Below are positions 9,883-21,981 of a stretch of 64,000 nucleotides of DNA, piece by piece (position 1 is the stretch's first letter; each line of letters opens with the position of its first letter). Made by a program: the position numbers and the translations under genes. This DNA comes from Candidatus Izemoplasmatales bacterium (GTDB taxonomy: Bacteria > Bacillota_I > Bacilli_A > Izemoplasmatales > Hujiaoplasmataceae): the NCBI GenBank assembly GCA_050949045.1, contig JBMNEZ010000001.1, positions 512,001-576,000 of the forward strand, written 5' to 3'. Below the pieces are notes generated by a model. It saw only the letters and a list, made by a program, of their open reading frames with translations, ran no database searches and was not told where the DNA came from.

Positions 9883-11310
9883 GTGTTTATGTTCTCATAT
9901 TTTATCCGCTTTGATTCCCTAAAACCGCTTTATGAGCAACTCTATGAACACATCAAGAAACAGATCCATGACCAAGCCTTGAATCCCGGCGAGAAACTCC
10001 CCTCGAAAAGAGTCCTTGCCCGCGAATTGGGAATCGGTGTCCAGACTGTAGTTTCCGCATACGAGCAACTGATCGCCGAAGGGTATCTCGAAGCCAAAGA
10101 AAAAAGCGGTTACTATGTCTCGCAGTTGCCCGAGATTATGATTGATGACATCATTGTAAAAAGCAGAAGCGCTAAGCCAAAAGTGACCGAACGATATTTG
10201 TTCGACTTCAAGACCTCCGTTGTCGATCCGGAGCATTTTCCCTACCTCGAATGGGCAAGACTTGAAAAAGACGTAATCTTGGACGATATGCAAAGCGCAA
10301 TCAATTTAAACACCCTTAACGGTTATCAGCCGCTTTTAGAGGAGATTGCGGGATACATCCAAAGATACCGAGGGATTGTCACCGATCCAGACAATATCGT
10401 CATCGGTTCGGGTTCGGAGTCACTGATCGCAATCATCAAGATGTTACTTGGCAAGGGAACAGTTGCCCTTGAGAATCCCGGGTATCCCAAAACCAGAAAA
10501 ATCTACACCCTGAATAACCTTGATAGCGTGGCTGTTACAGTTGATGATTGGGGACTCAATCCTGCGAAAATCAAAGATGACAAGGTTTCCCTGATCCATG
10601 TCACTCCCTCTCACCAATTCCCGACCGGCACGGTGATGCCGGTCTCAAGAAGATTAGAATTGCTTGAGTGGGCAAGGAAGAAATCCGATCGATATATCAT
10701 CGAAGACGATTATGACAGTGAATTCCGCTTTGCGGGTAAACCGATCCCCGCTTTAGCGGGGCTTGAAGGCGGAGAAAGGGTCATCTATCTCAACTCTTTC
10801 ACCAAGAGCATTGCCCCGAGTCTGAGGATCAGTTTTATGGTGCTTCCCAAAAAACTGAAGCTTCGCTTAGAAAGTGAACATCCCTATTATACTTGTCCGG
10901 TTTCCCTGATTAGCCAGGTAGCTCTCGAGCGTTTCATAGGCAGGGGATCTTTCGAAAGGCACCTCAATCGGATGAAAAAGATTTATCGGGTGAAACGCGA
11001 TTATCTGATCAGCCTGCTAAACGAGCTCCCGTTCAAGGATCGTTTTCAGATCGAGGGCGAAGAGGCTGGGCTCCATTTTCTTTTGAAGTTTGCTTCAGAA
11101 GTGAGTGAGGTAAAACTCGTTGAGAGCGCCGCGAAGCTGGGTGTCCGTGTCTATGGCCTTGATGAGTACCTGATCGAAAAATGTGAACACCAGCCGATGA
11201 TCATCATCGGCTATTCGGCGCTATCCCTTGATAGTATCAAAAAAGCCATCAAAATACTAAGAACAGCTTGGGCATGGTTGGGAGAATCAGAGGACGCACT
11301 TGCAAGGTAA
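9883..11310 (+). CDS. pdxR: MocR/GntR-family PLP-dependent transcriptional regulator
   Basis: GntR wHTH (LYEQL...GEKLPSKR.LA...AYEQLIAEGYL) plus aminotransferase-like domain (TPSHQFPTG, IIEDDYDSEF, SFTK); divergent from pdxS. Confidence 0.9.
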   Translation: MFMFSYFIRFDSLKPLYEQLYEHIKKQIHDQALNPGEKLPSKRVLARELGIGVQTVVSAYEQLIAEGYLEAKEKSGYYVSQLPEIMIDDIIVKSRSAKPKVTERYLFDFKTSVVDPEHFPYLEWARLEKDVILDDMQSAINLNTLNGYQPLLEEIAGYIQRYRGIVTDPDNIVIGSGSESLIAIIKMLLGKGTVALENPGYPKTRKIYTLNNLDSVAVTVDDWGLNPAKIKDDKVSLIHVTPSHQFPTGTVMPVSRRLELLEWARKKSDRYIIEDDYDSEFRFAGKPIPALAGLEGGERVIYLNSFTKSIAPSLRISFMVLPKKLKLRLESEHPYYTCPVSLISQVALERFIGRGSFERHLNRMKKIYRVKRDYLISLLNELPFKDRFQIEGEEAGLHFLLKFASEVSEVKLVESAAKLGVRVYGLDEYLIEKCEHQPMIIIGYSALSLDSIKKAIKILRTAWAWLGESEDALAR

Positions 11311-11831
11311 AAGCAAGGCCAACTAATCATTTCAAGATGATCTTACTATTATTTTTTCAAGAACTACGGAAAGGTTTCAAGGCTATCATTTATGATGGTG
11401 TCAGTCAGTATATTACTCTCTGTTCAATTCAAAGTAATTGGCAAGATTCTGACCGCTATGTTTACCAAAGGATCATTGAACCCTATATTGAGTTTCCAAG
11501 CAATGCCTGAACTCAATAAGGATAAGGCAAAGTTGCCGTCTAGCCCGCCTTTGATCAGAAAGGGAAGTCCAAGCGAGAGCAAGATATTCAAAAGGATGTT
11601 TTCAAGAAAGGTTAACGGTTTACTGCGCTTGATATACAGCCATTTTTTAAGCGCGTCAGCATATTGTTTATGTATCCAAAAAACTTTTAATATATCGCCA
11701 GATTCAGGCAACACTACCAGAGAATAGGTCTGTTGGATCAACCAAAGGATTTGGATGACATATTTTATTAAATAGGGCTTACTTATGGAAGGATTTTATG
11801 CTATTATAATAACAGTGAAAGCGGTGGCATA

Positions 11832-12137
11832 ATGAGAATAAAAAAGCATCCAATCCTATCTTTTCAAGCAAAAGAAATTATTGATTTCGTCTATAACGGG
11901 CAACAGGTACATGGTTTGGCGGGAGACACGATTGCTTCGGCCTTACATGCCCTTGGTATCAAGGAATTATCGAAAAGCAGCAAATCAAAGCGATCTCGCG
12001 GCTTTTTTTGTGCGATCGGCAACTGCAGTTCCTGCCAGATGACGGTGGACGGCGTTCCCAATGTCAAAACTTGCATCACCAAACTTGAACAGGGGATGGT
12101 CGTCACCTCTGATGAAGGGCTTGGTGTTCTTAAATGA
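11832..12137 (+). CDS. 2Fe-2S protein (N-terminal part of a proline dehydrogenase/sarcosine oxidase alpha-like subunit)
   Basis: GDTIASAL...RGFFCAIGNCSSCQMTVDGVPNVKTC. Confidence 0.88.
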   Translation: MRIKKHPILSFQAKEIIDFVYNGQQVHGLAGDTIASALHALGIKELSKSSKSKRSRGFFCAIGNCSSCQMTVDGVPNVKTCITKLEQGMVVTSDEGLGVLK

Positions 12138-13225
12138 TTGAACGCGACCTAATTATCATCGGTGGTGGGCCTGCCGGTCTCTCGGCAGCCAAAGTCGCAC
12201 TCGAGGCAGGACTTAGAGTCACAATTTTTGAACGTGGTCTCGCTCTTGGCGGGCAACTTGTCAAACAGACGCACAAGTTTTTCGGTTCCAAAGAGCAATA
12301 TGCCAAAACGCGCGGTATCGACATTGCCGAGAAAATGTACCAGAATTTACTTTTCTATCAAAATCTACTCGAAATCCATCTTGAAGCGACGGTTCTTGCC
12401 ATTTACAAAGATTATGTGGTGACCGTTCTCAAAGGCGACAAATATTTGAAATACAAGGCCAAAGCGGTTATTGTCGCTGTTGGGGCGAGCGAGAAGATGC
12501 TCGGTTTCGTCAACAATGATTTTCCAGGCGTTTATGGTGCAGGCGCTGTCCAGACGCTTATGAATCTCTATGGTGTCCTCCCCGGAAAGGAGATCATCAT
12601 GGTCGGTAGTGGCAACATCGGCCTAATCGTCAGTTATCAATTGTTACAGGCCGGAGTCAAGGTCAAAGCTGTAGTTGAGGCTGCTCCGACGATTGGCGGA
12701 TATAAGGTCCACGCTGCCAAGCTGAGACGCCTTGGGGTCCCGATTCTGACATCAACCACTATCAAAGAAGTCCTTGGCGATGGTGTAGTCGAGAAAGCGG
12801 TATTGGTGTCTCTTGATCAATCATGGCAGATGATTAAAGGTAGCGAACTAGTGATTAACGCTGACGCGATCTGCATTGCCGTTGGTCTTTCACCGTTACA
12901 CCAATTGCTATCGATGGTAGAGATTGAGATGCGTTATGTTCCTGAGCTTGGCGGATTAGTTCCCAAGACAAACGACTGTCTTGAAACTAGCATGAAGAAT
13001 GTTTTTGTGGCTGGTGACGTCAGCGGCATCGAGGAAGCTTCCAGTGCGATGGTCGAAGGTTCACTCGCGGGACTTTGTGCCGCCAAGGCTCTTGGCTTTA
13101 GCCATCCTAAATACGAGCAACTTGTAGATTCATGTCGTAAACAATTGTTGGTGCTCCGCATGGGGCCTTACGGAGCGAAAACGAGAATAGGAATCCAAAA
13201 ACTCAAGGAGGAGTCCGCATGTTGA
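12134..13225 (+). CDS. FAD/NAD(P)-dependent oxidoreductase (alpha-like subunit)
   Basis: IIGGGPAGLSAA, GGQLVKQTHKFFG, GSGNIGLIV, VFVAGDVSGIEEA; ATGA-type overlap with the upstream gene. Confidence 0.9.
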   Translation: MIERDLIIIGGGPAGLSAAKVALEAGLRVTIFERGLALGGQLVKQTHKFFGSKEQYAKTRGIDIAEKMYQNLLFYQNLLEIHLEATVLAIYKDYVVTVLKGDKYLKYKAKAVIVAVGASEKMLGFVNNDFPGVYGAGAVQTLMNLYGVLPGKEIIMVGSGNIGLIVSYQLLQAGVKVKAVVEAAPTIGGYKVHAAKLRRLGVPILTSTTIKEVLGDGVVEKAVLVSLDQSWQMIKGSELVINADAICIAVGLSPLHQLLSMVEIEMRYVPELGGLVPKTNDCLETSMKNVFVAGDVSGIEEASSAMVEGSLAGLCAAKALGFSHPKYEQLVDSCRKQLLVLRMGPYGAKTRIGIQKLKEESAC

Positions 13226-13701
13226 ACAAAGATGGGTATCCAAGTCTAGAACAGGTAAAATCAAACTTTCCTGAAAAATCTGTTCTCGTCAAGCCTAAAG
13301 CGATCATTGAATGCTATGAGAAGATTCCTTGCAACCCTTGCGAGACCAGTTGTCCTTTCAAAGCAATCACAATTGGACCGGACATCAATGAGATTCCCAG
13401 GATCAATCATGATCTTTGCACCGGCTGTGGCATCTGTGTTTATAGTTGCCCCGGACTAGCGATCAGCACTGTCCAAATCAAGGACAACAAAGCTATTTTC
13501 AAGATTCCCTATGAAATGTTGCCGTTTCCTAAGGCGGGCGAGACCTGGGATGGAGTCAGCCGTTCCGGAGAGGTCATTTGCCCGGCAAAAATCATCAAAG
13601 TTGACCAAAACAAGAATCAGGACCGCACCAGCGTTGTCCAGGTTGAAATAGACAAGAAATATCTCTATGATTTCATTACGATCAGGTGCCCCAATGAATG
13701 A
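13219..13701 (+). CDS. 4Fe-4S ferredoxin-type subunit
   Basis: C...IPCNPCETSCP and CTGCGICVYSCP. Confidence 0.9.
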   Translation: MLNKDGYPSLEQVKSNFPEKSVLVKPKAIIECYEKIPCNPCETSCPFKAITIGPDINEIPRINHDLCTGCGICVYSCPGLAISTVQIKDNKAIFKIPYEMLPFPKAGETWDGVSRSGEVICPAKIIKVDQNKNQDRTSVVQVEIDKKYLYDFITIRCPNE

Positions 13702-13978
13702 TAAAAAGAATATCATTATTTGTCGCTGTTCCGATGTCAGTCTGGCGGAGATCCATCGATTGCTCGAACAAGGATACACATCTTTCGAAGATTTGAAGCG
13801 AATTCTCAGAATCGGCATGGGACCATGCCAAGGGCAAACCTGCGCCGAACTTGTTCGTCGTGAGATCGCCAGGTATCTCAACTGCAAAATTGAAACAGTC
13901 CCGATCCATAAATCGCGGCCATTGACCATGGGAGTCAAGTTGAAAACAATTGCTGCAGGTGAAGAAGATGAAAACTAA
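13694..13978 (+). CDS. BFD-like 2Fe-2S small subunit
   Basis: IICRCSDV...LKRILRIGMGPCQGQTC...SRP. Confidence 0.88.
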   Translation: MNDKKNIIICRCSDVSLAEIHRLLEQGYTSFEDLKRILRIGMGPCQGQTCAELVRREIARYLNCKIETVPIHKSRPLTMGVKLKTIAAGEEDEN

Positions 13979-15113
13979 AATCATCATTATCGGCGCCGGC
14001 ATTAGTGGCGTCAGCATTGCCTACAATCTTGCAAAAATGGGCCAGGATGGCATTGTTGTGATCGAGAAGGCCTATATGACTTCCGGTGCGACCGGACGCT
14101 GTGGTGCCGGCGTCAGACAGCAATGGGGAACAAAAGGAAACTGTGAGATGGCGCAAAGATCGGTTAAATTCTTTGAAACCGCAAAAGAGACACTTGGATA
14201 TGCTGGCGATATCGAGTTTATGCAAGAAGGTTATTTGATTCTGGCTACCACCAAGGATGAGGTGGAACAGTTCCAAAAGAATGTGGAATTGCAAAACAGT
14301 ATCGGCATTCCCTCAAGGCTCGTCTCTGTCAAGGAAGCGCTGGAAATCGTCCCTCATCTTAATCCGGAAGCGTTCCTGATGGCAACTTTCTGTCCGACAG
14401 ATGGTCATCTCAATCCATTCCTGATGACTGATGCCTATTATCAGGCCGCCAAGCGTTTGGGAGTAAGGTTCCATTTTTTTGAGAACGTTTTGGAAATCAA
14501 AAGCGAGAATAATAAGATTAAAAAGGTCGTTACGGACAAGAATGAATACGAGACCGATGTCGTCGTCAACGCCGCTGGCGGGTTTGCTAGGGAAATTGGC
14601 CTGATGGCAGGAATCGAAATTCCCGTTTACTCGGAAAAACATGAGATCCTAGTTACTGAGCCGATTGCTAGGATTCAAGGGCCGATGGTGATGTCGTTCT
14701 CCAAAAACATCTATTGCCAACAGGTCCCCCATGGCAGTTTTTTGATTGGCAGGGGCGATCCCACAGTTCCCCATGATCACGATATCACTTCAAGTTGGCG
14801 TTTTCTCGATCTGATGGCGAAAACGGTTACCGAAATCTTGCCAAAGATTGGCGAATTGAGGGTCATCAGGCAATGGGCTGGGTCTTATAATATGTCACCT
14901 GATAAACAACCGATCATCAGCGAGGCCCCTGAACTCGAGGGTTTCTATATGGCCTGCGGCTTCAGTGGACACGGCTTTATGTTCGCCCCGATGACCGGAT
15001 TGTTGTTATCAGAAATCATTTTGAAACGCAAACCGTCTCTTGATGTCAGTAACTATCACTTGCATCGGTTCAAAACAAACAAAGCCTACGAAACCGAAAA
15101 ATCAGTTGTTTAG
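13968..15113 (+). CDS. FAD-dependent amino-acid dehydrogenase beta-like subunit (DAO family; probable L-proline dehydrogenase)
   Basis: IIIGAGISG, GATGRCGAGVRQQW, RQWAG.Y.MSPD..PII, GFSGHGFMFAP. Confidence 0.88.
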   Translation: MKTKIIIIGAGISGVSIAYNLAKMGQDGIVVIEKAYMTSGATGRCGAGVRQQWGTKGNCEMAQRSVKFFETAKETLGYAGDIEFMQEGYLILATTKDEVEQFQKNVELQNSIGIPSRLVSVKEALEIVPHLNPEAFLMATFCPTDGHLNPFLMTDAYYQAAKRLGVRFHFFENVLEIKSENNKIKKVVTDKNEYETDVVVNAAGGFAREIGLMAGIEIPVYSEKHEILVTEPIARIQGPMVMSFSKNIYCQQVPHGSFLIGRGDPTVPHDHDITSSWRFLDLMAKTVTEILPKIGELRVIRQWAGSYNMSPDKQPIISEAPELEGFYMACGFSGHGFMFAPMTGLLLSEIILKRKPSLDVSNYHLHRFKTNKAYETEKSVV

Positions 15114-15128
15114 GAAGGAGTCAAACAA

Positions 15129-16685
15129 ATGGCAATTTATCCCTATCAAACCGAACCATTGACCGATTTCACGAAACCCGAAAACCGCGAGAAATACCAA
15201 CAGGCACTATCTGAAGTCGAAACTTCTTTTGGCGAGAATTTGCCCCTTATCATCGGCACAAACCGTGTTTTTACCAAGAACACTTACACTTCTTTTAATC
15301 CGGCAGATCACAATCAAGTGATCGCCACGATCTCCCAAGGCGGGATTAAAGAAGCTGATGAGGCGATGGAAGTCGCGTTGACGACTTTCGAGAGTTGGAA
15401 AAGGGTTGACCCCAGCGTCAGAGCCGATGTGCTGTTTAAAGCAGCGGCGATTCTTAAACGCGAGCGTTTCCATTTCAACGCTTTGATGACGCTCGAAGTT
15501 GGTAAACCTTGGATCGAAGCAGACGCCGACACGGCGGAAGCTATCGACTTTCTTGAGTATTACGGCAGACAGATGTTGCAGATTACGAGAATTGATGACC
15601 AAATTTTGAGTCGGAGGGATATCGAGCGAAATGAGTATCGCTACATTCCCCTTGGTGTCGGCGCTGTCATCACTCCTTGGAATTTTCCGCTTGCCATCTT
15701 GACGGGGATGACATCAGCCGCAATCGTGGCCGGCAACACAGTGATCTTGAAACCGGCGATAACAACCCAAACGATCGCTTTTAGATTTATGGATGTTCTT
15801 CAAAGAGCTGGTCTTCCCGCAGGAGTTGTCAGTTTTCTTCCAGGTAAAGGCAGTGAAATCGGCGAGTATCTGGTCAAACATCCGAAAACGAGATTTATCT
15901 CCTTTACCGGCAGCAAAGAAGTCGGTGTCAGTATCTACGAAAAAGCCGCTAAAGTCGGTAAAGGGCAAATTTGGCTCAAGCGTGTGATCGCGGAAATGGG
16001 TGGCAAAGATGCTATTCTCGTCGATGACGGTTATGATCCCGATAAGGCTGCCGAAGCGATTGTTGCCTCGGCATTTGGTTTTTCGGGACAGAAGTGTAGC
16101 GCTTGTTCACGGGTAGTCATCCATGAAAATCTCTATGACGAAGTCATTAAACGAATGATCGAAAAAACGAAAAAAATCAAAGTTGGTGACCCCCGTTTCG
16201 ATAATACCGACATGGGTCCGGTCAACGACCAGAAGGCATACGAATCGATCATGAAATATATCGAAATTGGCAGATCAGAGGGTAAAATTATTTTTGGAGG
16301 CACTGGAAACAAGGAGAAAGGCTGGTTCATCAACCCGACGATCATCGTCGATGTTGATCCCAACGCCCGGATCATGCAAGAAGAGATTTTTGGTCCCGTA
16401 GTGGCTGTGACGAAAGCCAAAAGTTTCTCCGAGGGACTCGAAATTGTCAATAACACCGAATTCGGCTTGACAGGCTCCTGTCTTTCCAACAATCGTCTGC
16501 ATCTCGAGATGGCGCGCACTGACTTTTTCGTTGGCAATCTCTATTTGAACCGCAAATGCACAGGCGCGATTGTTGGCTATCAGCCGTTTGGCGGTTTCAA
16601 TATGTCCGGCACCGATTCCAAGGCTGGTGGACCTGATTACTTATTGTTGCACATGCAGGGGAAAACGATTTCGGAAGCCTTATAG
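15129..16685 (+). CDS. pruA: 1-pyrroline-5-carboxylate (glutamate gamma-semialdehyde) dehydrogenase
   Basis: [80 protein letters not shown] (RocA/PruA type). Confidence 0.93.
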   Translation: MAIYPYQTEPLTDFTKPENREKYQQALSEVETSFGENLPLIIGTNRVFTKNTYTSFNPADHNQVIATISQGGIKEADEAMEVALTTFESWKRVDPSVRADVLFKAAAILKRERFHFNALMTLEVGKPWIEADADTAEAIDFLEYYGRQMLQITRIDDQILSRRDIERNEYRYIPLGVGAVITPWNFPLAILTGMTSAAIVAGNTVILKPAITTQTIAFRFMDVLQRAGLPAGVVSFLPGKGSEIGEYLVKHPKTRFISFTGSKEVGVSIYEKAAKVGKGQIWLKRVIAEMGGKDAILVDDGYDPDKAAEAIVASAFGFSGQKCSACSRVVIHENLYDEVIKRMIEKTKKIKVGDPRFDNTDMGPVNDQKAYESIMKYIEIGRSEGKIIFGGTGNKEKGWFINPTIIVDVDPNARIMQEEIFGPVVAVTKAKSFSEGLEIVNNTEFGLTGSCLSNNRLHLEMARTDFFVGNLYLNRKCTGAIVGYQPFGGFNMSGTDSKAGGPDYLLLHMQGKTISEAL

Positions 16686-16907
16686 GTGTGAACAATCAAA
16701 TGATTTGATCTGTAAGCGACTCTTACAATTGTGACAAATCAATTTAGAAACGAGTATATGGAAGCCTTTGGCTTCATTTTGGTTTTCGCCGATCAGTGAA
16801 TTCATCCAGAAATTCATCAATCCTCTCAAAAAAATGTATGATATCAAATCGGATTTTACCAGTGTCATCGATGCCAAGATAGGTTGTGTTAGTGGTGGTG
16901 ATTTAAG

Positions 16908-17981
16908 ATGGTTTATTTGATTTTAGTCATTAATCCGGGATCGACCTCGACCAAGGTCGCGATTTTCAATAACAACAAACTGATCCAAGAACAAACACTC
17001 AAGCATGAAATTGAGGATCTGAAACGCTTTCCCACGATCATTGATCAATTATCATTTAGAAAACAGGTCATCCTCGATTTTTTGACTGAACATCGTTACA
17101 TCCCCGCCAATATCGATGTCTTTGTCGGCAGAGGCGGCCTTTTGAAACCGCTCCGTCAAAGCGGAACCTATCTGATTACCGACAATATGATTGAAGATCT
17201 CAAAAATTGTAAATACGGTTCACACGCTTCCAATCTGGGGGCATTGCTTGCCAATGAACTTGCGAGGCCACTCAACCGTCCCGCATATATCGTCAATCCG
17301 GTTTCGATCGATGAAATCGAAGACATAGCCAGAGTATCAGGCTTTAAAGGGATTGAGCGGATCAGTATGTTCCATGTTTTAAATCAGAAAGCGATCGCTC
17401 GTAAGCATGCCAAGTCCATCGGGAAAAAATATGAAGAATTGACGCTGATTGTTGCTCATTTGGGCAGCGGATTTACGGTGGGACTCCATCACAAAGGTCG
17501 TGTCATTGATGTCAATAACGGCATGGGGGGTGATGGTCCTTTCTCCCCTGAACGCACTGGTCAACTGCCGACATATCCACTTATTGAACTGTGTTTTTCG
17601 GGAAAATATACTGAAGAACAAGTCAGGAAGATGCTCGCCGGACATGGAGGACTCGTCTCCTATCTTGGCACAGCCAGCGGCATCGAGATCGAAAATCGCA
17701 TTAAAGAGGGGGACAAGGAAGCGGAATTCTATCTCAAAGCGATGGCCTATAACGTTGTCAAGGAAATCGGCAGTCTTTATTTCGCTGCTAAAGGATTAAT
17801 CGACGGCGTCATCGTCACCGGTGGCTTTGCCCGCAACCAGAGATTCATCGATTATATGAAAGACTATCTCGCATTGATCATACCGATTGTCGTCTATCCT
17901 GGAGAAGATGAAATGCGGGCGCTCGCTGAAGGCGCTCTCAATGTTCTCACCAAAAAGGAAAAAATCATTGCATATGAATAG
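16908..17981 (+). CDS. buk: Butyrate/branched-chain carboxylate kinase
   Basis: ILVINPGSTSTK, GRGGLLKP, HASNLG, HVLNQKA, GPFSPERTG, YPGEDEM. Confidence 0.93.
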   Translation: MVYLILVINPGSTSTKVAIFNNNKLIQEQTLKHEIEDLKRFPTIIDQLSFRKQVILDFLTEHRYIPANIDVFVGRGGLLKPLRQSGTYLITDNMIEDLKNCKYGSHASNLGALLANELARPLNRPAYIVNPVSIDEIEDIARVSGFKGIERISMFHVLNQKAIARKHAKSIGKKYEELTLIVAHLGSGFTVGLHHKGRVIDVNNGMGGDGPFSPERTGQLPTYPLIELCFSGKYTEEQVRKMLAGHGGLVSYLGTASGIEIENRIKEGDKEAEFYLKAMAYNVVKEIGSLYFAAKGLIDGVIVTGGFARNQRFIDYMKDYLALIIPIVVYPGEDEMRALAEGALNVLTKKEKIIAYE

Positions 17982-17987
17982 TAAATT

Positions 17988-18011
17988 GACAAGCGGCTGC
18001 TTGTCTTTTTT
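17988..18011 (+). terminator. Intrinsic terminator
   Basis: GACAAGC-ggct-GCTTGTC-TTTTTT after buk. Confidence 0.7.
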
Positions 18012-18064
18012 GTATAAAAAATCGAATGTGTTTGGAAAAAATGTAAAATCCCGATCATCAAATG

Positions 18065-18123
18065 TTGACATCACAGGCAATCATGATATAATAATATTGG
18101 CACTTAAAGGGTAAGAGTGCTAA
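18065..18123 (+). promoter_or_regulatory. SigA promoter plus CIRCE (HrcA operator) of groESL
   Basis: TTGACA (18065), 16 nt, TGnTATAAT (18087); TTGGCACTT-N9-GAGTGCTAA at 18097-18123. Confidence 0.92.
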
Positions 18124-18146
18124 CAAGCAGAGAAAGGAGAAATAAT

Positions 18147-20049
<1,903 letters not shown>

Positions 20050-20053
20050 ATCC

Positions 20054-20082
20054 AAAAGGCACTGATGAAGAGTGCCTTTTTT
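20054..20082 (+). terminator. Intrinsic terminator
   Basis: AAAAGGCACT-gatgaag-AGTGCCTTTTTT. Confidence 0.85.
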
Positions 20083-20135
20083 CTTGCTACTTTCGGTTAT
20101 AATTGTTATACTTATAAAAAAATCGGAGATTTGAG

Positions 20136-20846
20136 ATGTTCGAAACAATCATGTTTGATCTCGACGGGACGCTTTTGCCGCTCGACGAAGACAAGTTCAT
20201 CAATCTGTATTTTGGTGGTCTGGCAAAGATAGCTGCACAGATCAATCTTGAACATGGCCGATTCATGGATGCGCTTGCAAGCGGAGTCAAAGCGATGCTC
20301 AGTAATGACGGTGGTGAAACCAATTACAACCGTTTTTGGAAAACCTTTTGTACTGACTTGAATCTTGAAACTGCGGTTGTCGAACAATTATTCCTCGAGT
20401 ATTATCTGACTGATTTTAAAAAGTGTCGGGTCTCGAGTTGGAACAACCCGCTCGCACTGCCGCTGATTCGTTTTCTCAAACAAAAAGGTAAACGGATCAT
20501 CCTTGCGACCAATCCCTTGTTTCCCTTGGTGGCAATCAGGGAGCGCATGAGTTGGATAAATCTGGAAATAGTTGATTTTAGCGATATTACAACGTATGAG
20601 AACTCCAGTTTCTCTAAACCAAAATATCAGTATTATCAAGAAATCATCCAAAGACATGCACTCGATGTCAACCAGACACTCATGATTGGTAATGATGCTT
20701 CTGAAGACATGATTGCTGGCGTCTTGGGGGTTAAAACCTATCTGGTGACCGACTGCCTCAAAAATGAGGCAAATCTCGATCTCACCGCTTTCCGACGCGG
20801 AAGTTTTCAGGATCTTGACACCTATTTGCGTTCGACTGTCAAATGA
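20136..20846 (+). CDS. HAD-family hydrolase
   Basis: FDLDGTLL, ATN, KP, MIGND..ED. Confidence 0.88.
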   Translation: MFETIMFDLDGTLLPLDEDKFINLYFGGLAKIAAQINLEHGRFMDALASGVKAMLSNDGGETNYNRFWKTFCTDLNLETAVVEQLFLEYYLTDFKKCRVSSWNNPLALPLIRFLKQKGKRIILATNPLFPLVAIRERMSWINLEIVDFSDITTYENSSFSKPKYQYYQEIIQRHALDVNQTLMIGNDASEDMIAGVLGVKTYLVTDCLKNEANLDLTAFRRGSFQDLDTYLRSTVK

Positions 20847-20877
20847 CAAAAATCTGCAAGCAATATCTGCGCGTCCT

Positions 20878-20906
20878 TTGACATTGGCAAGTCGATTAAG
20901 TATAAT
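20878..20906 (+). promoter_or_regulatory. Consensus SigA promoter
   Basis: TTGACA, 17 nt, TATAAT upstream of the kinase gene. Confidence 0.75.
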
Positions 20907-20938
20907 CAAAATAAAGCAATCATTTATCGGAGGCGGAA

Positions 20939-21553
20939 ATGCGCATCGGAATCATCGGGCCGATCGGCTGTGGAAAATCTAAACTATCGCAGAAACTCGC
21001 TGATTATTATCAAGCTGCCCTAGTCGAGGAACCAGTTGAGAAAAACGAATTTCTGCCTTTGTTTTATCAAGACAAGGAAATGTTCGCCTTACTGTCGCAA
21101 AATGCATTTTACAGTTCTTTGTTTCTGTTGATGTGGCGGACTAAAGATTTGCCCAATGTCATCTGTGATTCGACCTTGTTCTCTAATCTGGTTTTTACCG
21201 AATTACTTCGTCTCGAGGGAATCATGAGTGCTATGGAAGTCGCCCTGACCTACGCTATCGCTGACGAGCACCTCAAAAGGTTGCCCGATGTCGACATTCA
21301 TCTTGTCATTGTCAGAGAACAAGATCAGTTGTTTGAAAATGTCCGCAAGCGCGGTCGCGAGATCGAAAAAAACCAGGAAGACTATTTGAAGTTCCACTAT
21401 GCGAATTATTATGATGTTTTGAGAAGGATTTTTAAGGCATATAAAGTGCCGGAACAAAAAATCCTCTGGCTACCGATCAACGACATGGATCAACCCAATG
21501 AGTTCCAAGAAATCATCAAGAAGATCGAAACCAAGTATGCTACTCTCAAATAA
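20939..21553 (+). CDS. Deoxynucleoside kinase family protein
   Basis: GPIGCGKS P-loop, EPVEKNEFLPLFYQD, lid motif RKRGREIE. Confidence 0.85.
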   Translation: MRIGIIGPIGCGKSKLSQKLADYYQAALVEEPVEKNEFLPLFYQDKEMFALLSQNAFYSSLFLLMWRTKDLPNVICDSTLFSNLVFTELLRLEGIMSAMEVALTYAIADEHLKRLPDVDIHLVIVREQDQLFENVRKRGREIEKNQEDYLKFHYANYYDVLRRIFKAYKVPEQKILWLPINDMDQPNEFQEIIKKIETKYATLK

Positions 21554-21981
21554 TAGAAAAAACGGCGCTAAAGTAGAGTGAACCTTATTTAGTAGAACCT
21601 TTTCATTTTGGTTTTACTTCTATGGAAACAGTTCACACAACTTTTTTATTGATCAATTACTGAGAGAATTTTTTTAGGGAACTTCGATAACGAGAATTGA
21701 TAAGATCTCCGTGTCGGAATGTTTATCGGTGCTGCCGACCAAATTTCAGTGTCTGAAAAGGCAAACAAGATCAATTCTTTTTGGTGATTGTTGTACTGTT
21801 ATAAAGATCATGACAAAATCATTTGCTAATGTACTTCATCAGATATTTTATCTAACATAGCCTTTCAGTGATATAAACAGTTTTTCTATGATATAATATT
21901 TACAAAATCAAAGTATGCCAAAACACCAATCGAAGAACTGCTTGAAAAATGAGACATTGTTTTCTAACGGAAAAGAGGTAT

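Noticed and set aside
16686..16760. Possible Rex operator (TTGTGA...) upstream of buk
   Set aside because: No matching TCACAA half-site at the right spacing.
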